64,000 bases of DNA from positions 608,001-672,000 of the forward strand of contig CAVUDP010000001.1 of assembly GCA_963740315.1 (NCBI GenBank). Direction: 5' to 3'. Made by a program: the position numbers and the translations under genes. The notes under the pieces are model-generated. The model did not search any database. It had not been told where the DNA came from and saw only the letters and a program-made list of their open reading frames with translations. Origin of the DNA: an uncultured cyanobacterium (lineage in GTDB: Bacteria; Cyanobacteriota; Cyanobacteriia; Cyanobacteriales; Nostocaceae). This document shows, piece by piece, positions 31,810 to 43,245 of the stretch (position 1 is its first letter; each line of letters begins with the position of its first letter).

Positions 31810-32381
31810 AAAGGGTTTTACAGTTGAGTAAAAAGGTTGTACAGCGAACCTTATATTTACCCTGATAGCTTAAAGCCATATATATTATTGTAAAGTAATT
31901 TTTTCGATTTTATTGTTAACTTGGCAACGGTTGATATATATTGTAAACTTTATATTTCAAAACCGCTTTTTTGTATCAATAAAATTATTAAATAACAAAA
32001 ATAAAAATCGAAATAAACATTTGTTTTTAATAGAATAATATATTTGATTGGTAATGTTTCTATTTAGGAGTTACGCAACCGCAACGAGAAAATAATCATT
32101 ATAGCCGTTGCGATCCCCCCAACCCCCCGTATTATTGGGGGGCTTTGCGTAAGTCCTGCTATTATACAATTATGAACTAATTAAAAATGGCTCTTCATCA
32201 CATAGTATGCTTTCTTTAAGCCTTAAATACCTCAAATGCTTACTCTACAAAGATTTTAGCCTTTTTAATTAATATTATTTATAAATACCTTTCTTCTTCC
32301 CCTACTGCCTATTGCCTACTGCCTACTGTCTCAAAATGACTATTTTAATAGCATACCAAGTGTAGTTAATTGATAATTGTC

Positions 32382-35300
32382 TCACTCCCATTCCTTAAAT
32401 TCATCATTGGTATTACGAAGCAAGGAAGTAAATTGTTGTCGGCGACTTTCAAAGTTGGCTGCAATGAAAATCAAGGCAATTCCAACGAATAAACCTACTA
32501 CCCATTTAAGGAAGGGGTAACGCAGAATAAATATTACTAAATGATAAAAAGCTGCGATTAAGAATGTTGCCGTACCAACATATAAAAAGGCGCGTATTCT
32601 TAATGCTAATCCTGCAAATATGGCGATCGCGCTAAATATTCCCGGTATTAAAACTGTGTCTTGATGGAATACAGTCGCATATCCACAAATCATTCCACTA
32701 CCTAATATTCGTAACCCGTGACGTATTAATTTATTTTGCGGTAGTTTGAGTTGCGAATCAAATTGAGCGATATATAACAACGATAAGCCGATCGAGCAAA
32801 TATACCATAAAGCATCGGTTAAATCTAAATCGATAAATCCACGCCACAACGCCCAATTAATTAGCGCCAAACTAATGTAGGTAAAGCGGAATTGTGTTGT
32901 AATTTTGGCGATGAAAATATAGTATCCGGCTACAAATAATAAGGAAATCGAATAAACTTCAATTCTGGTTTCCCACAAAGAAATTAACGGAATAACGTAT
33001 GCGGCGATTTGCCAAGGTTTTTTAGACCAGCCCCAACGCTCCCAGGGTAAGATATAAAGTGAATAAGCGATTATACAGGAAACTGCTGCTTGCCAAGGAC
33101 GTATTTGTTCTAAGAAAAAGCGTACTGTTGAAATATCTGGTAAAAAGTATCTCAAACAAACGGCTTGCGCTATACCGATATAAACCCAAATTTCTGCTTC
33201 TGTAATCTTTCCCCGAATCGGTTGCGATGATAAATTAGTCTGTCTTCCTTGAAATATGGCATAGCAAGCTAAAAATAGTTCCGTTGCTAAAGCTAATGTG
33301 TGAGCTTCTATAGGATAATTAATTGCAGCTATTAATAAAACACTAGCTAAAGCCCAGTGAAAATGAGCGAAAATTTTCAATTCTTGGTTACTAAGGCGTA
33401 AATAGCTTGTTAACCAACGCGACAGCAAACGGTAAGCATACACAATAGCTGTAGCGAGAGTAGCAAAAGCAATCCAACCATCACCAACAGCACCACCCGA
33501 CATTTGCATCAGTTGGTATACCAACAGTTCGTATGCAGCAATTGATACGCCGATAAGCCCTAAATACAGCAGTGGTTTTAACTTCCAATCGCGCTTTCCG
33601 ACACCAATTACAATTAAAGCCACACCCAATGTAGATAAACCAGTCCAACTATCGAAAGTATTCCAGCGTAAAAGCACGCCAAAACCAGCATACAGCAAAG
33701 GTAGAATATGCCAGCGGTTGGGAAGTCTAGTTAATTGGTGCTTGGATTGCCACCACTCACCGAATAATTGCGTAATTAAACCCAAACCGATATTTGCGAT
33801 CGCCACATAAATAAATTGCCTCCCTCCAATCCCCAGTATTTCAACAACCAGCAATTCCACAGCCCAAGCAATACCGTAAAATGTCCAATTGTTGGGTTGT
33901 TGCCAATGGCGAAAAGATAAAGCTACTAAAATAATAGCTGCGGAAATTGCAGATAATAAAATATCAGATTCAGCAAACAAGTAAACCCAAAGAGCGTGTA
34001 AACTCAGCAACAACAACTCGCAACCGCAAAGCGTACTAGCCCAAAAATCAGTAGCAACTGCATATATACTTGTTAATTCATTTCTTCCCTTCAATATGCG
34101 AATTACCCACAAACCCAGAATCATAACCGCAGTGAAAACAAACCAACCTGCATAGGATAATGAAGCACCTTCCCATACCGCCGCCAAGATAAAACTTAAA
34201 CAAAATCCTACCGTAATTACCGCAGACAAATTGTTTCTTAAATATCTCGTATTAACAAACATTACTGCCGCACCTACAGCTAAACCGATTAACCTAATTC
34301 CAGGCAAGGGTAAAGTTAAGAGTTGAGCTGCGACGATCGCTAAAACACTAATTTTTTGTTTATTTACTCCTTCCCTGCTGCGACTAGCAATAACACTCAG
34401 CGTTACAGGTGTAGCTAACCAACTTAATCCCCAACTTGATTGATTTATATAAATACCATTCCAAAGCGCATTTGCATTTGTCGCCAACAGCAAATAACTC
34501 AAACCTGCAAGCGCCAAACCGATGTGCCATGCACTACCTTGCCAAACACCACCGCCAACGCTAAACAACCATTCCGCCACCATTACAACCAAGCAAACAA
34601 CCGCCCAAACTTGTTGTGAAAGACTTGGGAAAAATAAATTTATCCAAGAGAAAAGGGTAAGTATGGCGGTGATGTGAGTTAGGTAGGTGAGGGGGAGATG
34701 GGGAGAGGGGGAAGAGGGGGAGAGGGGGAGAGGGGGTAGAGGGGGTAGAGGGGGGAGAAGATATTCTATTGAAGTGTTGGTAGGTGACTACTGCTAGAGC
34801 GATCGCAGATAAAAGTAAATTGAGGGAGCGTAATATAGGGTTGAATAAAGCGACTGCGGTTAAAGCAACTCCCAAAATTAAGGTTAATTGTTCGCCAAAG
34901 CTTGCTAAATCAAGTTTATTTGTAGTGCGAGCATCTTGCCCGCTAGAATTAGAAACATCCTGCCCGCTAGAATTAGAAACATCCTGCCCGCTAGAATTAG
35001 AAACATCCTGCCCGCTAAATTTAGAAACACCTTGCCCGCTTAATTTAGAAACACCTTGCTCGCTTGGTTTAGTAGTGCGAGCATCTTGCTCGCTTCCATT
35101 AAAAACACCTTGCCCGCTTAATTTAGAAACATCCTGCCCGCTTAATTTAGAAACATCTTGCTCGCTTGGATTAGAAACATCTTGCTCGCTATTAGAAACA
35201 TCCTGCCCGCTAAATTTAAAAACACCTTGCCCGCTTAATTTAGAAACACCTTGCTTGCTTAATTTCTCCCTACGTCTCAAATTATCCGTAAACGCCAGCA

Positions 35301-36717
35301 TAAAAATGATGTAGGGAAATAACCCCACACTCAATAACGCCCAAGGATGATTTTGAGAATTGGTAAATTGAGTAGCGGTTGTAATAATCGAAGATTGAAA
35401 ATCAGTAGGTAATAATCGCCAACCCAACCACATTGACTGCAAGCCAATAACAAATATTGCTGTTAAATCTCTTTTTAAACTATATAAATGCAAGCGACTG
35501 TAGAAAAACCATAAACCCAAACCGCTAAGTGCGATCGCTTGTAAAGGATTATTTTCAATCGTTACATACCAACCGAGGAATAGTAAGACACCACCGATGG
35601 CTTGGGAAGGAAAGGTGGGGAGATTGGGGGATAGGGGGATGGGGGGAGTGGGAGAAGAAATTTCCCCTTGTCTCCTTGTCCCCTCGTCCCTTTGTCCCCT
35701 TTTTACTTTGTCTTCTCGCAGCGCCAGCCAACCTATTAACCAACCGTAAATACCAATAGCTAAACCTAAATTTTCAATCTCTACACTGTATGCAAAAATT
35801 GCTCGTAGCAATACCAGCATTGAGGCGTAAACGATCGCGGCAGCAGGTACGTTTTTCCCCCAAGATAATTGAGATAAGCTGCTTTTTTCTTCCTCTTCCC
35901 TTTCTTCGCTCTCTTTCTCAACACGGTTTTCTTGAAAAACAGTAATTAAAGTTGTGACTATAACAGCTAAATAAACTGCAATCAAAGGGAATCCGGAAAA
36001 CTTCCAACCCCAATGCAGGTAACTCAACCCAAGAATATTTATTAAAGATAATTTATTAGCTGCAACACTTCGGGTAAATATTGATTTGGAAAGTAATACA
36101 GTTATTCCCGTTAAAATAATTGCAGCAATGCCAACTAAAATCAAGTTTATGGGATTCTGCCACAAACCAAAGCTATCCATTGCCCAAAAGTTAATCGGAA
36201 TCAGTAGCATTGTGACAATATGCAAAGCGCTACTTGTCAACCGTAAATTTGCTTGTTTCCCAGTCCACAAACCCAGTCCCCAAAAACCCAAGGTGTAAGC
36301 AAATAAAACGGAATATTGTAAGAAAGCCGTAAATCTTTCCCACTGACTTGCAGCAAGCGCTCCAGAGGAAATTACTACGGTAAACATTCCTAAAAATAAT
36401 AACCAACGGACGCTTAATTCTGCCCGTAGCGATCGCCACATAGTACCGAACAAGCCTGGTGTCGCGATTACTTTGGGCTTTTGGGCAGGTTTACTAGGTT
36501 GTAAAATAACTTCAGTTTGCGTTTGAGCTACAGTTTGAGGCTGCACAACTAACTGACAAATTAGATATTGTTGGCATATATGCTTAACTTGAGCATCAGA
36601 TATCAAATTCAAGCGCAACAATTCGTCAAACCCTTGCAATAACTGCGGATGATTGGAAGGAAGCCTGACTTCAAGATTAATCGGACGATTAGATTTGGAT
36701 GACATAATGTAACTCAC
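32382..36717 (-). pseudogene. Large polytopic membrane protein (DUF2157-like) split by a frameshift in a G-rich repeat at ~34690-34758
   Basis: ORFs 34561-36717 and 32382-34592 overlap; after the repeat the downstream frame reads LTYLTHITAILTLFSWINLFFPSLSQQVWAVVCLVVMVAEW without a break. Confidence 0.7.
34922..35260 (+). repeat. Intragenic tandem array of ~14 mostly 24-bp units derived from a REP-like hairpin
   Basis: Units such as TAGAAACATCCTGCCCGCTAGAAT; two full GTAGTGCGAGCATCTTGCYCGC copies at 34922 and 35072; encodes SGQDVSxx repeats. Confidence 0.85.
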
Positions 36718-36906
36718 CCTAGTAACACAATAATTACATCATTCCTTAGATGTATATATTGGTGTGAGTTGTTTATGACACTTCAGCGGCTGAATCAGGT
36801 AAGTAGCTGGTTGCAATTAACCGCACAATTATATATTTTTTTTAAAACCGGAAATCCTGCGATCGCATTTGTAGCAAAAAGTATCATATGACAATGGAAA
36901 AATCTG

Positions 36907-37473
36907 ATGCCAAATACTTTCGTAAAATTACAACAAGGTTCAACAGGTCCAGATGTGATTAGATTACAACAGGACTTACAACAGCTTAATTATTATTCTG
37001 GTGGAATTGATGGTCAATTTGGACCAATAACAAAACAAGCTGTAATTGCTTTTCAAAAAGCTCAAGGATTTACTGCTGACGGAATCGTCGATCGAAATAT
37101 ATGGTCAGAAATAGAACGAATACTTTGCTTTCCCTACCCAATAAATCAATGGCGACGGATGACTCAGACAGAGGAAATCAATGAAATTAAAGCCTTAATT
37201 AATAGTCCCATTGGTATAGCTGCATTAAATCAGCTAGCTTTAGAAAGGTTTGTTGGTTTTAATTGTACCCGCAGTTTTTATCTTATTGAAGATTCACCAG
37301 GCGGATATACTTTAATGCGCGTGAAATGCGATCCACCAGGGGGTGTTTCTGCGGCGGTTGGTTTTCATGAAATTCGAGTCATATTCAATCGCTTTGAAGG
37401 TAATATTGAAGGTTTTGATATGGAACGTGTAAATACAGATGGTGGTCGTGCGATAATCCAACTACCCTCTTAG
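36907..37473 (+). CDS. Peptidoglycan-binding domain protein
   Basis: 'LQQGSTGPDV..LQ..L..L.YY.G.IDG.FGP.T..AV.AFQ...G...DGIV'. Confidence 0.85.
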   Translation: MPNTFVKLQQGSTGPDVIRLQQDLQQLNYYSGGIDGQFGPITKQAVIAFQKAQGFTADGIVDRNIWSEIERILCFPYPINQWRRMTQTEEINEIKALINSPIGIAALNQLALERFVGFNCTRSFYLIEDSPGGYTLMRVKCDPPGGVSAAVGFHEIRVIFNRFEGNIEGFDMERVNTDGGRAIIQLPS

Positions 37474-37573
37474 ATTTTTGCAGGTTGCGCTGAAGTATCC
37501 CAACCAAAAAAAACATTAAAACATTATCTTGATTAAACGCAGAGGAACACAGAGGAAGTTTAAAAATATAATT

Positions 37574-37606
37574 AAGGCATCTTGCACAATTTTGTACAGA
37601 TGCCTT
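37574..37606. terminator. Probable bidirectional terminator between convergent genes
   Basis: AAGGCATCT...AGATGCCTT hairpin with AT-rich flanks. Confidence 0.5.
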
Positions 37607-37614
37607 TATTTTAA

Positions 37615-39063
37615 TTACCCTAATGTTGCAACTCTATTTTTTTGATTTTTATACATTTCCTTAAACACTTTTTGCTGGTGTTTATGCTCTACAATTGGTT
37701 CGGGATAACCAACAGCTTGACGTTCTAAAGGTGTAATTTTTCCTGTTACTAAATACTCGGCATCCATTGAACTTAATTCGGGCACCCATCGCCGAATATA
37801 TTCGCCTTCAAAGTCAAATTTTTGTGCTTGAGATGCAGGATTAAAAATCCTTACTGGTTTGGGGTCCATTCCACTAGAAGCACTCCATTGCCAACCACCA
37901 TTATTAGCAGATAAATCCCCATCAATTAATCTTTGCATAAAGTATTTTTCACCTAATTGAGGATTAATTAATAAGTCTTTGGTGAGGAAACTTGCAACAA
38001 TCATTCGACAGCGATTGTGCATCCACCCGATTTCATTTAATTGTCGCATTGCAGCATCAACTATGGGATATCCAGTTTTTCCTTCACACCAAGCTTGAAA
38101 ATGCTCTTCGTTAGTTTCCCAAGGAAAGTTTTTGAAAGCATCGCGATAAGCACCCGCTGCTAATTCCGGAAAATGATACATTGCATGTTGATAAAATTCT
38201 CGCCATGCAATTTCTTTTTGCCAAGTACGAATATTAGTTTCTAATTCGTCGCTGCGGCTGTTTTCTAACGCATCTTCGGTAGCTTTCCAAACAGTACGAA
38301 TTCCAATCGCACCAAATTTTAAAGCCGCACTTAATCTTGATGTACCGTCAATTGCAGGGAAGTTTCTTTGTTGTTGATATTCATTAATAGCGCTGTAACA
38401 AAATTCTTCTAACCTATCTTGCGCCGCTTCTTCACCAGGTTCAATAATTAATTCTCCATCCCAATTAAATCCCAAATCTTTCGCCGTTGGTAATTCCACA
38501 ACTCCCGCTTTGGTTGCCGTTTCTTGTTCGGATGCTGTCAATCCCTCGAATTTATCCGCAATTTCCACTGGAGAATCTTTAGGTTTGCTAATCCAGTTCT
38601 TCCAAAAAGGAGTATAAACAGTATAAGGAGTATCCGAACCCGTGCGAATCAAATCTGGCGAATTTAATAATTGATCCCAATTCTTTTCTAAATGCTCAGT
38701 ACCTTGTTTTTGAAGCGCATCAATAACACCCGTATCTCGCTCTTGAGAATATGGTTCCACATCCCAATTCCAAAATACAGCTTTAGCATTTAAAGCAAGC
38801 GCTAACTTGGGAACTGCTACAAGCGGGTTATCCTGAAGAATCAACAATTGACTGCCTGCTCTGGCGTATCTTTCCTGGAGTTTCTGCAAACAGCCAATCA
38901 TATAAGTCACCCTAACAGCCGCAACATCATCCCCGTTGAGAATATTCGGATCGAGACAGAAAACACCCACCACCTTACGAGTTTTTTCCAATGCAGCAGC
39001 GATTCCAGTATTATCAGAAATTCGTAAATCGCGACGATGCCAAAACAAAATTAAATCGGACAT
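37615..39063 (-). CDS. phrA: Deoxyribodipyrimidine (CPD) photolyase
   Basis: 'WHRRDLRISDN', 'TSRLS', 'WREFY', 'TGYPIVDAAMRQL...GWMHNRCRM', 'NNGGWQW'. Confidence 0.92.
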   Translation of the reverse strand: MSDLILFWHRRDLRISDNTGIAAALEKTRKVVGVFCLDPNILNGDDVAAVRVTYMIGCLQKLQERYARAGSQLLILQDNPLVAVPKLALALNAKAVFWNWDVEPYSQERDTGVIDALQKQGTEHLEKNWDQLLNSPDLIRTGSDTPYTVYTPFWKNWISKPKDSPVEIADKFEGLTASEQETATKAGVVELPTAKDLGFNWDGELIIEPGEEAAQDRLEEFCYSAINEYQQQRNFPAIDGTSRLSAALKFGAIGIRTVWKATEDALENSRSDELETNIRTWQKEIAWREFYQHAMYHFPELAAGAYRDAFKNFPWETNEEHFQAWCEGKTGYPIVDAAMRQLNEIGWMHNRCRMIVASFLTKDLLINPQLGEKYFMQRLIDGDLSANNGGWQWSASSGMDPKPVRIFNPASQAQKFDFEGEYIRRWVPELSSMDAEYLVTGKITPLERQAVGYPEPIVEHKHQQKVFKEMYKNQKNRVATLG

Positions 39064-39237
39064 ATATCTATTATTAGTTCTATTGTACTAAAGTGTAGAT
39101 AATCAAATACAATAGCATATCAAAGTCAGTTAGAAGCATCCCAATCAAAAAATAGGGACGCTATATTGAACAGCACCCCCGATAAGAAGTATTTTATTTA
39201 GTTAATAACTTAAAACTCTAAAATTAACTTATTTACT

Positions 39238-40014
39238 TTAACCTTTAACCTCTAACTTTTGACCTACAATAGAAGGTTGTTCTTGTTTCGCCATATTTTG
39301 AGGAACAAGCTCTCCTTTCAAACCATATTTAACTAAGCCCATATACTCATACAACATCAACATTGCTTTTCTAGTTTGAGTTAAATGGGGAACTGGACTT
39401 TGATGCGGAATTACTTCAAACCCCATATTGCGAAATGTTAAGAGCGATCGCAACATATGAGGGGGATCTGTGACCAAAATAATTCGCTTAACTCCTTGAG
39501 GTTCGAGTATGGAAGCGGTAAATAAAGCATTTTCTTTAGTAGTTCTCGAACAGTGTTCTTCTTCAAGAGCTTGTGTGGGGATACCTTTAGACTCTAACTT
39601 TTTAACTATTTCAGTTCCGTCACCAGAGCCGCTAGCGAAAATTAAAGGTGCCCTTTGCGATTCCCAAAGATTTGCTGCAACTTTAACTCTTGAATCTCTA
39701 AATGGTTCTCCCCGTCCTAGAATTACAATAGCATCTGCTGTTTGACCTCTATCGGGAGGAACAAATGCAATTAAACCCTTATTTGCGACGGCTGTAATTA
39801 AAGGAAATTGAGCGCTAATATAAGTTAGTAATAATAAAGTTCCGAAGCCACTCCACAAACGTTTCCAACGGAATCGGGGAATAATCCAAGGTAAGAAAAT
39901 CAGAAACAATAGCGGTAATACTACTAAAGTTGGAGTCATTAACCAGTCGGCGATCGCTGATTTAAGTTCGAGCCACTGGCTAACAGGACGATGACATAAA
40001 GCTGGATCGAGCAT
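39238..40014 (-). CDS. YdcF/DUF218 family membrane protein
   Basis: Two TM segments; 'DAIVILG', 'SRTTKENA', 'LVTDPPHMLRS'. Confidence 0.85.
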   Translation of the reverse strand: MLDPALCHRPVSQWLELKSAIADWLMTPTLVVLPLLFLIFLPWIIPRFRWKRLWSGFGTLLLLTYISAQFPLITAVANKGLIAFVPPDRGQTADAIVILGRGEPFRDSRVKVAANLWESQRAPLIFASGSGDGTEIVKKLESKGIPTQALEEEHCSRTTKENALFTASILEPQGVKRIILVTDPPHMLRSLLTFRNMGFEVIPHQSPVPHLTQTRKAMLMLYEYMGLVKYGLKGELVPQNMAKQEQPSIVGQKLEVKG

Positions 40015-40309
40015 TGAATTTATCTTGTTAAGAAATGTGAATGTTTACAGTTATATTAAACTACTTTTTCAATAGATGCCCGTTTGCTTTAAAACCTTAT
40101 AAAAACTTTCGTCAAGGAGATACAGTCGAGATAAAAGGTTGGTTCAATAGCGATAAATTTAAACTATTAATTTTTTACTTATATAAATTAAATAAACCCG
40201 ATTTATTCCGGATAATATTATTGATTTGTATCGAAATTTCTGTAATCAAAAATACATTTCCGTTTTTTCATCAGGACTTATGCGACTCTAAGAAGAAATT
40301 AAATATTTA

Positions 40310-40474
40310 TAAGAGTATGTTTGGAAAGCTATTAATACAACTCGAAACTTTTGAGATCCCCCTAAATCCCCCTTACAGAAGGGGGACTTTGATTCCGATT
40401 CCCCCCTTTTTTAAGGGGGGTTAGGGGGGATCGATAAGTGCAAGATACAGCTAACCACTTTTCAAACATCCTAA
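40310..40474. mobile_element. MITE-like element with imperfect terminal inverted repeats
   Basis: TAAGAGTATGTTTGGAAAG ... CTTTTCAAACATCCTAA enclosing the CCCCCTAAATCCCCC/GGGGG hairpins also seen at 15503 and 51420. Confidence 0.6.
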
Positions 40475-40635
40475 TAGCAAAAATTTATAGGTACATTCCC
40501 GGTTTGAAGAAGGTAACGAATTAATTACAAAAGTTTAAGTGATGGAAAAGTATCCAGGGGATGAGAAAATTGTGATGGGTAATATGTCGCTGATGGCAAA
40601 TTACCTAGAAAATTTATGGAATTAATTTTGACATT

Positions 40636-41271
40636 ATGATTATGCAAACTAAAGTTTTAGCAGATCCTCGTATTAAGTTAATCACTGCTGCATCTCGCTT
40701 TTACCATCAGGGTTGGATGGTGGGAACAGCGGGGAATCTCTCAACTCGTTTACCCGACGGTAGCTTTTGGATTACAGGCAGTGGATGCTCGAAGGGAGAG
40801 TTAACGCTTGCTGATTTCGTTCGTATTTATCCAGATGGAACAGAAGAATCCTTAGATGATTTGAAGCCTTCGTCGGAAACTCCCATTCACCAATGCATTT
40901 ATAATTTGTTTCCAGAAGCACAAAGTTGCTATCACGTCCACTCAATAGATGCCAACTTGGCTTCGAGTTTAGCAGAAGCAGGTAAACTACCTTTACCATC
41001 CTTAGAAATGCTCAAAGGATTGGGAATTCGGGAAGAAAATCCTTGTTGTTTGATGCCAGTTTTCCACAACTATCTACAGGTAAATCGGATCGCAGATGAA
41101 ATCACAGAACGCTTTAGCAAAAATCCCCCTAAAATACCAGCTTTATTAGTTCGCAACCACGGCGTAACAGTTTGGGCAAACTCTACCGAACAAGCACGGA
41201 ACTATATCGAAACATTAGAGTATATTTTTCGCTACATGGTAGCAGCACGACGGATGCAGTTAGGAAGGTGA
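40636..41271 (+). CDS. mtnB: Methylthioribulose-1-phosphate dehydratase
   Basis: Class II aldolase fold: 'GWMVGTAGNLS', 'PSSET.IH', 'HVHS', 'EMLKGLG', 'RNHG'. Confidence 0.88.
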   Translation: MIMQTKVLADPRIKLITAASRFYHQGWMVGTAGNLSTRLPDGSFWITGSGCSKGELTLADFVRIYPDGTEESLDDLKPSSETPIHQCIYNLFPEAQSCYHVHSIDANLASSLAEAGKLPLPSLEMLKGLGIREENPCCLMPVFHNYLQVNRIADEITERFSKNPPKIPALLVRNHGVTVWANSTEQARNYIETLEYIFRYMVAARRMQLGR

Positions 41272-41277
41272 GATGAA

Positions 41278-41352
41278 GGGATGGGGGGATGGGGAGATGG
41301 GGAGATGGGGGGATGGGGGGATGGGGGGATGGGGAGATGGGGGGATGGGGAG
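41278..41352. repeat. Heptamer STRR (GGGGATG/GGAGATG)
   Basis: Visible tandem repeat. Confidence 0.85.
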
Positions 41353-41540
41353 ATTTTTTGTTTAATTAGATATAGTCGTTCTAATTTCTTTAGTGTTTGT
41401 ATCTTGCGAACAGATGTATTACATCGTAGCTGAATTGCCTTATCCAATTGTTGCTCATTTACAACTGTTAACCGATAACTAATAACTATTAACTGATAAT
41501 TGATAATTGATAATTGATCGTTGATAAGTGATAACTGATA

Positions 41541-42311
41541 ATGTGTCAACTACTGGGGATGAATTGCAATGTACCCACTGATATTTGCTTTTCTTTTGAA
41601 GGCTTTTCGGCGCGGGGGGGTAAAACTGACGATCATAAAGATGGTTGGGGTATTGCTTTCTTTGAGGGAAAGGGTTGTCGGATTTTTATGGATGCTAAAT
41701 CTTCGGTTAATTCTCAGATTGCGGATTTTGTGCGCCGTTATCCCATTCATTCAACTCATGCGATCGCGCATATTCGTAAAGCGACTCAAGGTGAAATTGT
41801 CTTAGAAAACACTCATCCTTTTCGTAGGGAATTATGGGGAAGAAATTGGGTTTTTGCTCATAATGGCGATTTACCAGACTTTAATTTGCCATTTATGGAT
41901 TTTTACGAACCTGTAGGTAATACTGACAGTGAAAAAGCATTCTGCTTAATTTTAGAAAGTTTGAGACAACAATTTCCGATGGTGAAACCGCCTTTAGAAC
42001 CATTACTTACAGTTCTTAAGAGAATCACTAAAAAAATTGCTAAACACGGTATATTTAACTATTTATTAACAGACGGCGAACACTTTTTTGCTCACAGTTC
42101 AACCAAGCTTTGTTACATTATCCGGCAAGCTCCTTTTGCTGCGGCTCATTTAATTGATGAAGATGTAACTGTAGATTTTAACGAATTAACTCGTCCAAGC
42201 GATAGAGTTGCTGTTATTGCTACTACACCCCTTACAGATAACGAAGTTTGGACGCAAATTCAACCGGGAGAATTACTAACATTTCGCGATGGAGAACCCG
42301 TTAATTTATAG
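41541..42311 (+). CDS. Class II glutamine amidotransferase (YafJ/EgtC-like)
   Basis: N-terminal MCQLLG, 'DGWG', 'HIRKAT', 'NTHPF', 'HNG', 'TDSE'. Confidence 0.9.
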   Translation: MCQLLGMNCNVPTDICFSFEGFSARGGKTDDHKDGWGIAFFEGKGCRIFMDAKSSVNSQIADFVRRYPIHSTHAIAHIRKATQGEIVLENTHPFRRELWGRNWVFAHNGDLPDFNLPFMDFYEPVGNTDSEKAFCLILESLRQQFPMVKPPLEPLLTVLKRITKKIAKHGIFNYLLTDGEHFFAHSSTKLCYIIRQAPFAAAHLIDEDVTVDFNELTRPSDRVAVIATTPLTDNEVWTQIQPGELLTFRDGEPVNL

Positions 42312-42316
42312 GAGTT

Positions 42317-42389
42317 AGGGGGTAGAGGGGGTAGAGGGGGTAGAGGGGGTAGAGGGGGTAGAGGGGGTAGAGGGGGTAGAGGGGGTAGA
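42317..42389. repeat. 9-bp tandem repeat (GGGGTAGAG x8)
   Basis: Visible tandem repeat between convergent genes. Confidence 0.9.
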
Positions 42390-42442
42390 ACAAGTTAGAA
42401 GTTATAAGTTCAAAACTGTTAACCTTTAACATGCAGACCTTT

Positions 42443-43183
42443 TTAACCTTTAACCTTAATTAACTCCCATCCTTTTCTAACTCTAACTTGCGCCCATCTA
42501 ATATAAGGAACAATAAATAGCTTAATTAAGAAGGGAATAATTGTCATTGCGGCGAGAACAATTAAAGCTAATATTTTGATCGCGATAATTTGTAGGTCTT
42601 TAACTAAGTTCTGCACTCCGATAACAATGTTTTGAGAATCTTCTCGAATTGTCTCAAGATAAGGAATGCTGCCAACTACTTCGCTAAATTGACTGAGAAT
42701 AACAAAGTTGTTTTCTAAGATATTTTTTACGTCTGTTAATCCCGGTACTGGAATATCGAAGCCGGGAATAGTAGGCATTGCAACTGATATATCTTGCATT
42801 CTAATATTGACTTTAGGAGGAAATTCACCGCTAATTCTGACATCTGGTTTTACAGGTAGTTGTAAATTGGGAATTCCCAGATTGGGTAAACTTACTTTTT
42901 CTGGTATATATAAATTATCAACTTTTTTTAATGCTTCTTTTATTTCTTGATTAACTTGTTGAATTGGTTCTAATGACTTTCCTATTGCTTCTCCTGCTTG
43001 TTCTGCACTGGTTCTAGCTTGGGTAAGAGTCGTGTTGATTTGATTTACTGGTCCGCTGATAAATGTTGTCACATCGTTAATGACAGTTAACAGAGTAATA
43101 GTAAATGTCGTAATTAGAATTACTGGCATCAAAGCGTAAATTACGATTAATAAACCGTTGATTTTTCGGAAAATACTATTCAT
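42443..43183 (-). CDS. Hypothetical membrane protein (paralogue of upstream neighbour)
   Basis: TM segments at both ends; shared 'MPTIPGF' core; start taken at MNSIF. Confidence 0.7.
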   Translation of the reverse strand: MNSIFRKINGLLIVIYALMPVILITTFTITLLTVINDVTTFISGPVNQINTTLTQARTSAEQAGEAIGKSLEPIQQVNQEIKEALKKVDNLYIPEKVSLPNLGIPNLQLPVKPDVRISGEFPPKVNIRMQDISVAMPTIPGFDIPVPGLTDVKNILENNFVILSQFSEVVGSIPYLETIREDSQNIVIGVQNLVKDLQIIAIKILALIVLAAMTIIPFLIKLFIVPYIRWAQVRVRKGWELIKVKG

Positions 43184-43245
43184 ACTTTTGTTCTCGATAT
43201 AATGATGCTTTAATATCAACCCGTTTTCTATTACCGACTGTTTAT

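Noticed and set aside
34922..35260. Possible CRISPR array
   Set aside because: Units are contiguous 21-30 bp with no unique 30-40 bp spacers, lie in frame inside a CDS, and no cas genes are present
34784..35314. 176-aa Cys-repeat ORF (ETSCPL) on the + strand
   Set aside because: Antisense shadow of the in-frame repeat array
40041..40424. 127-aa ORF
   Set aside because: AT-rich intergenic sequence running into a MITE; no protein-like motifs
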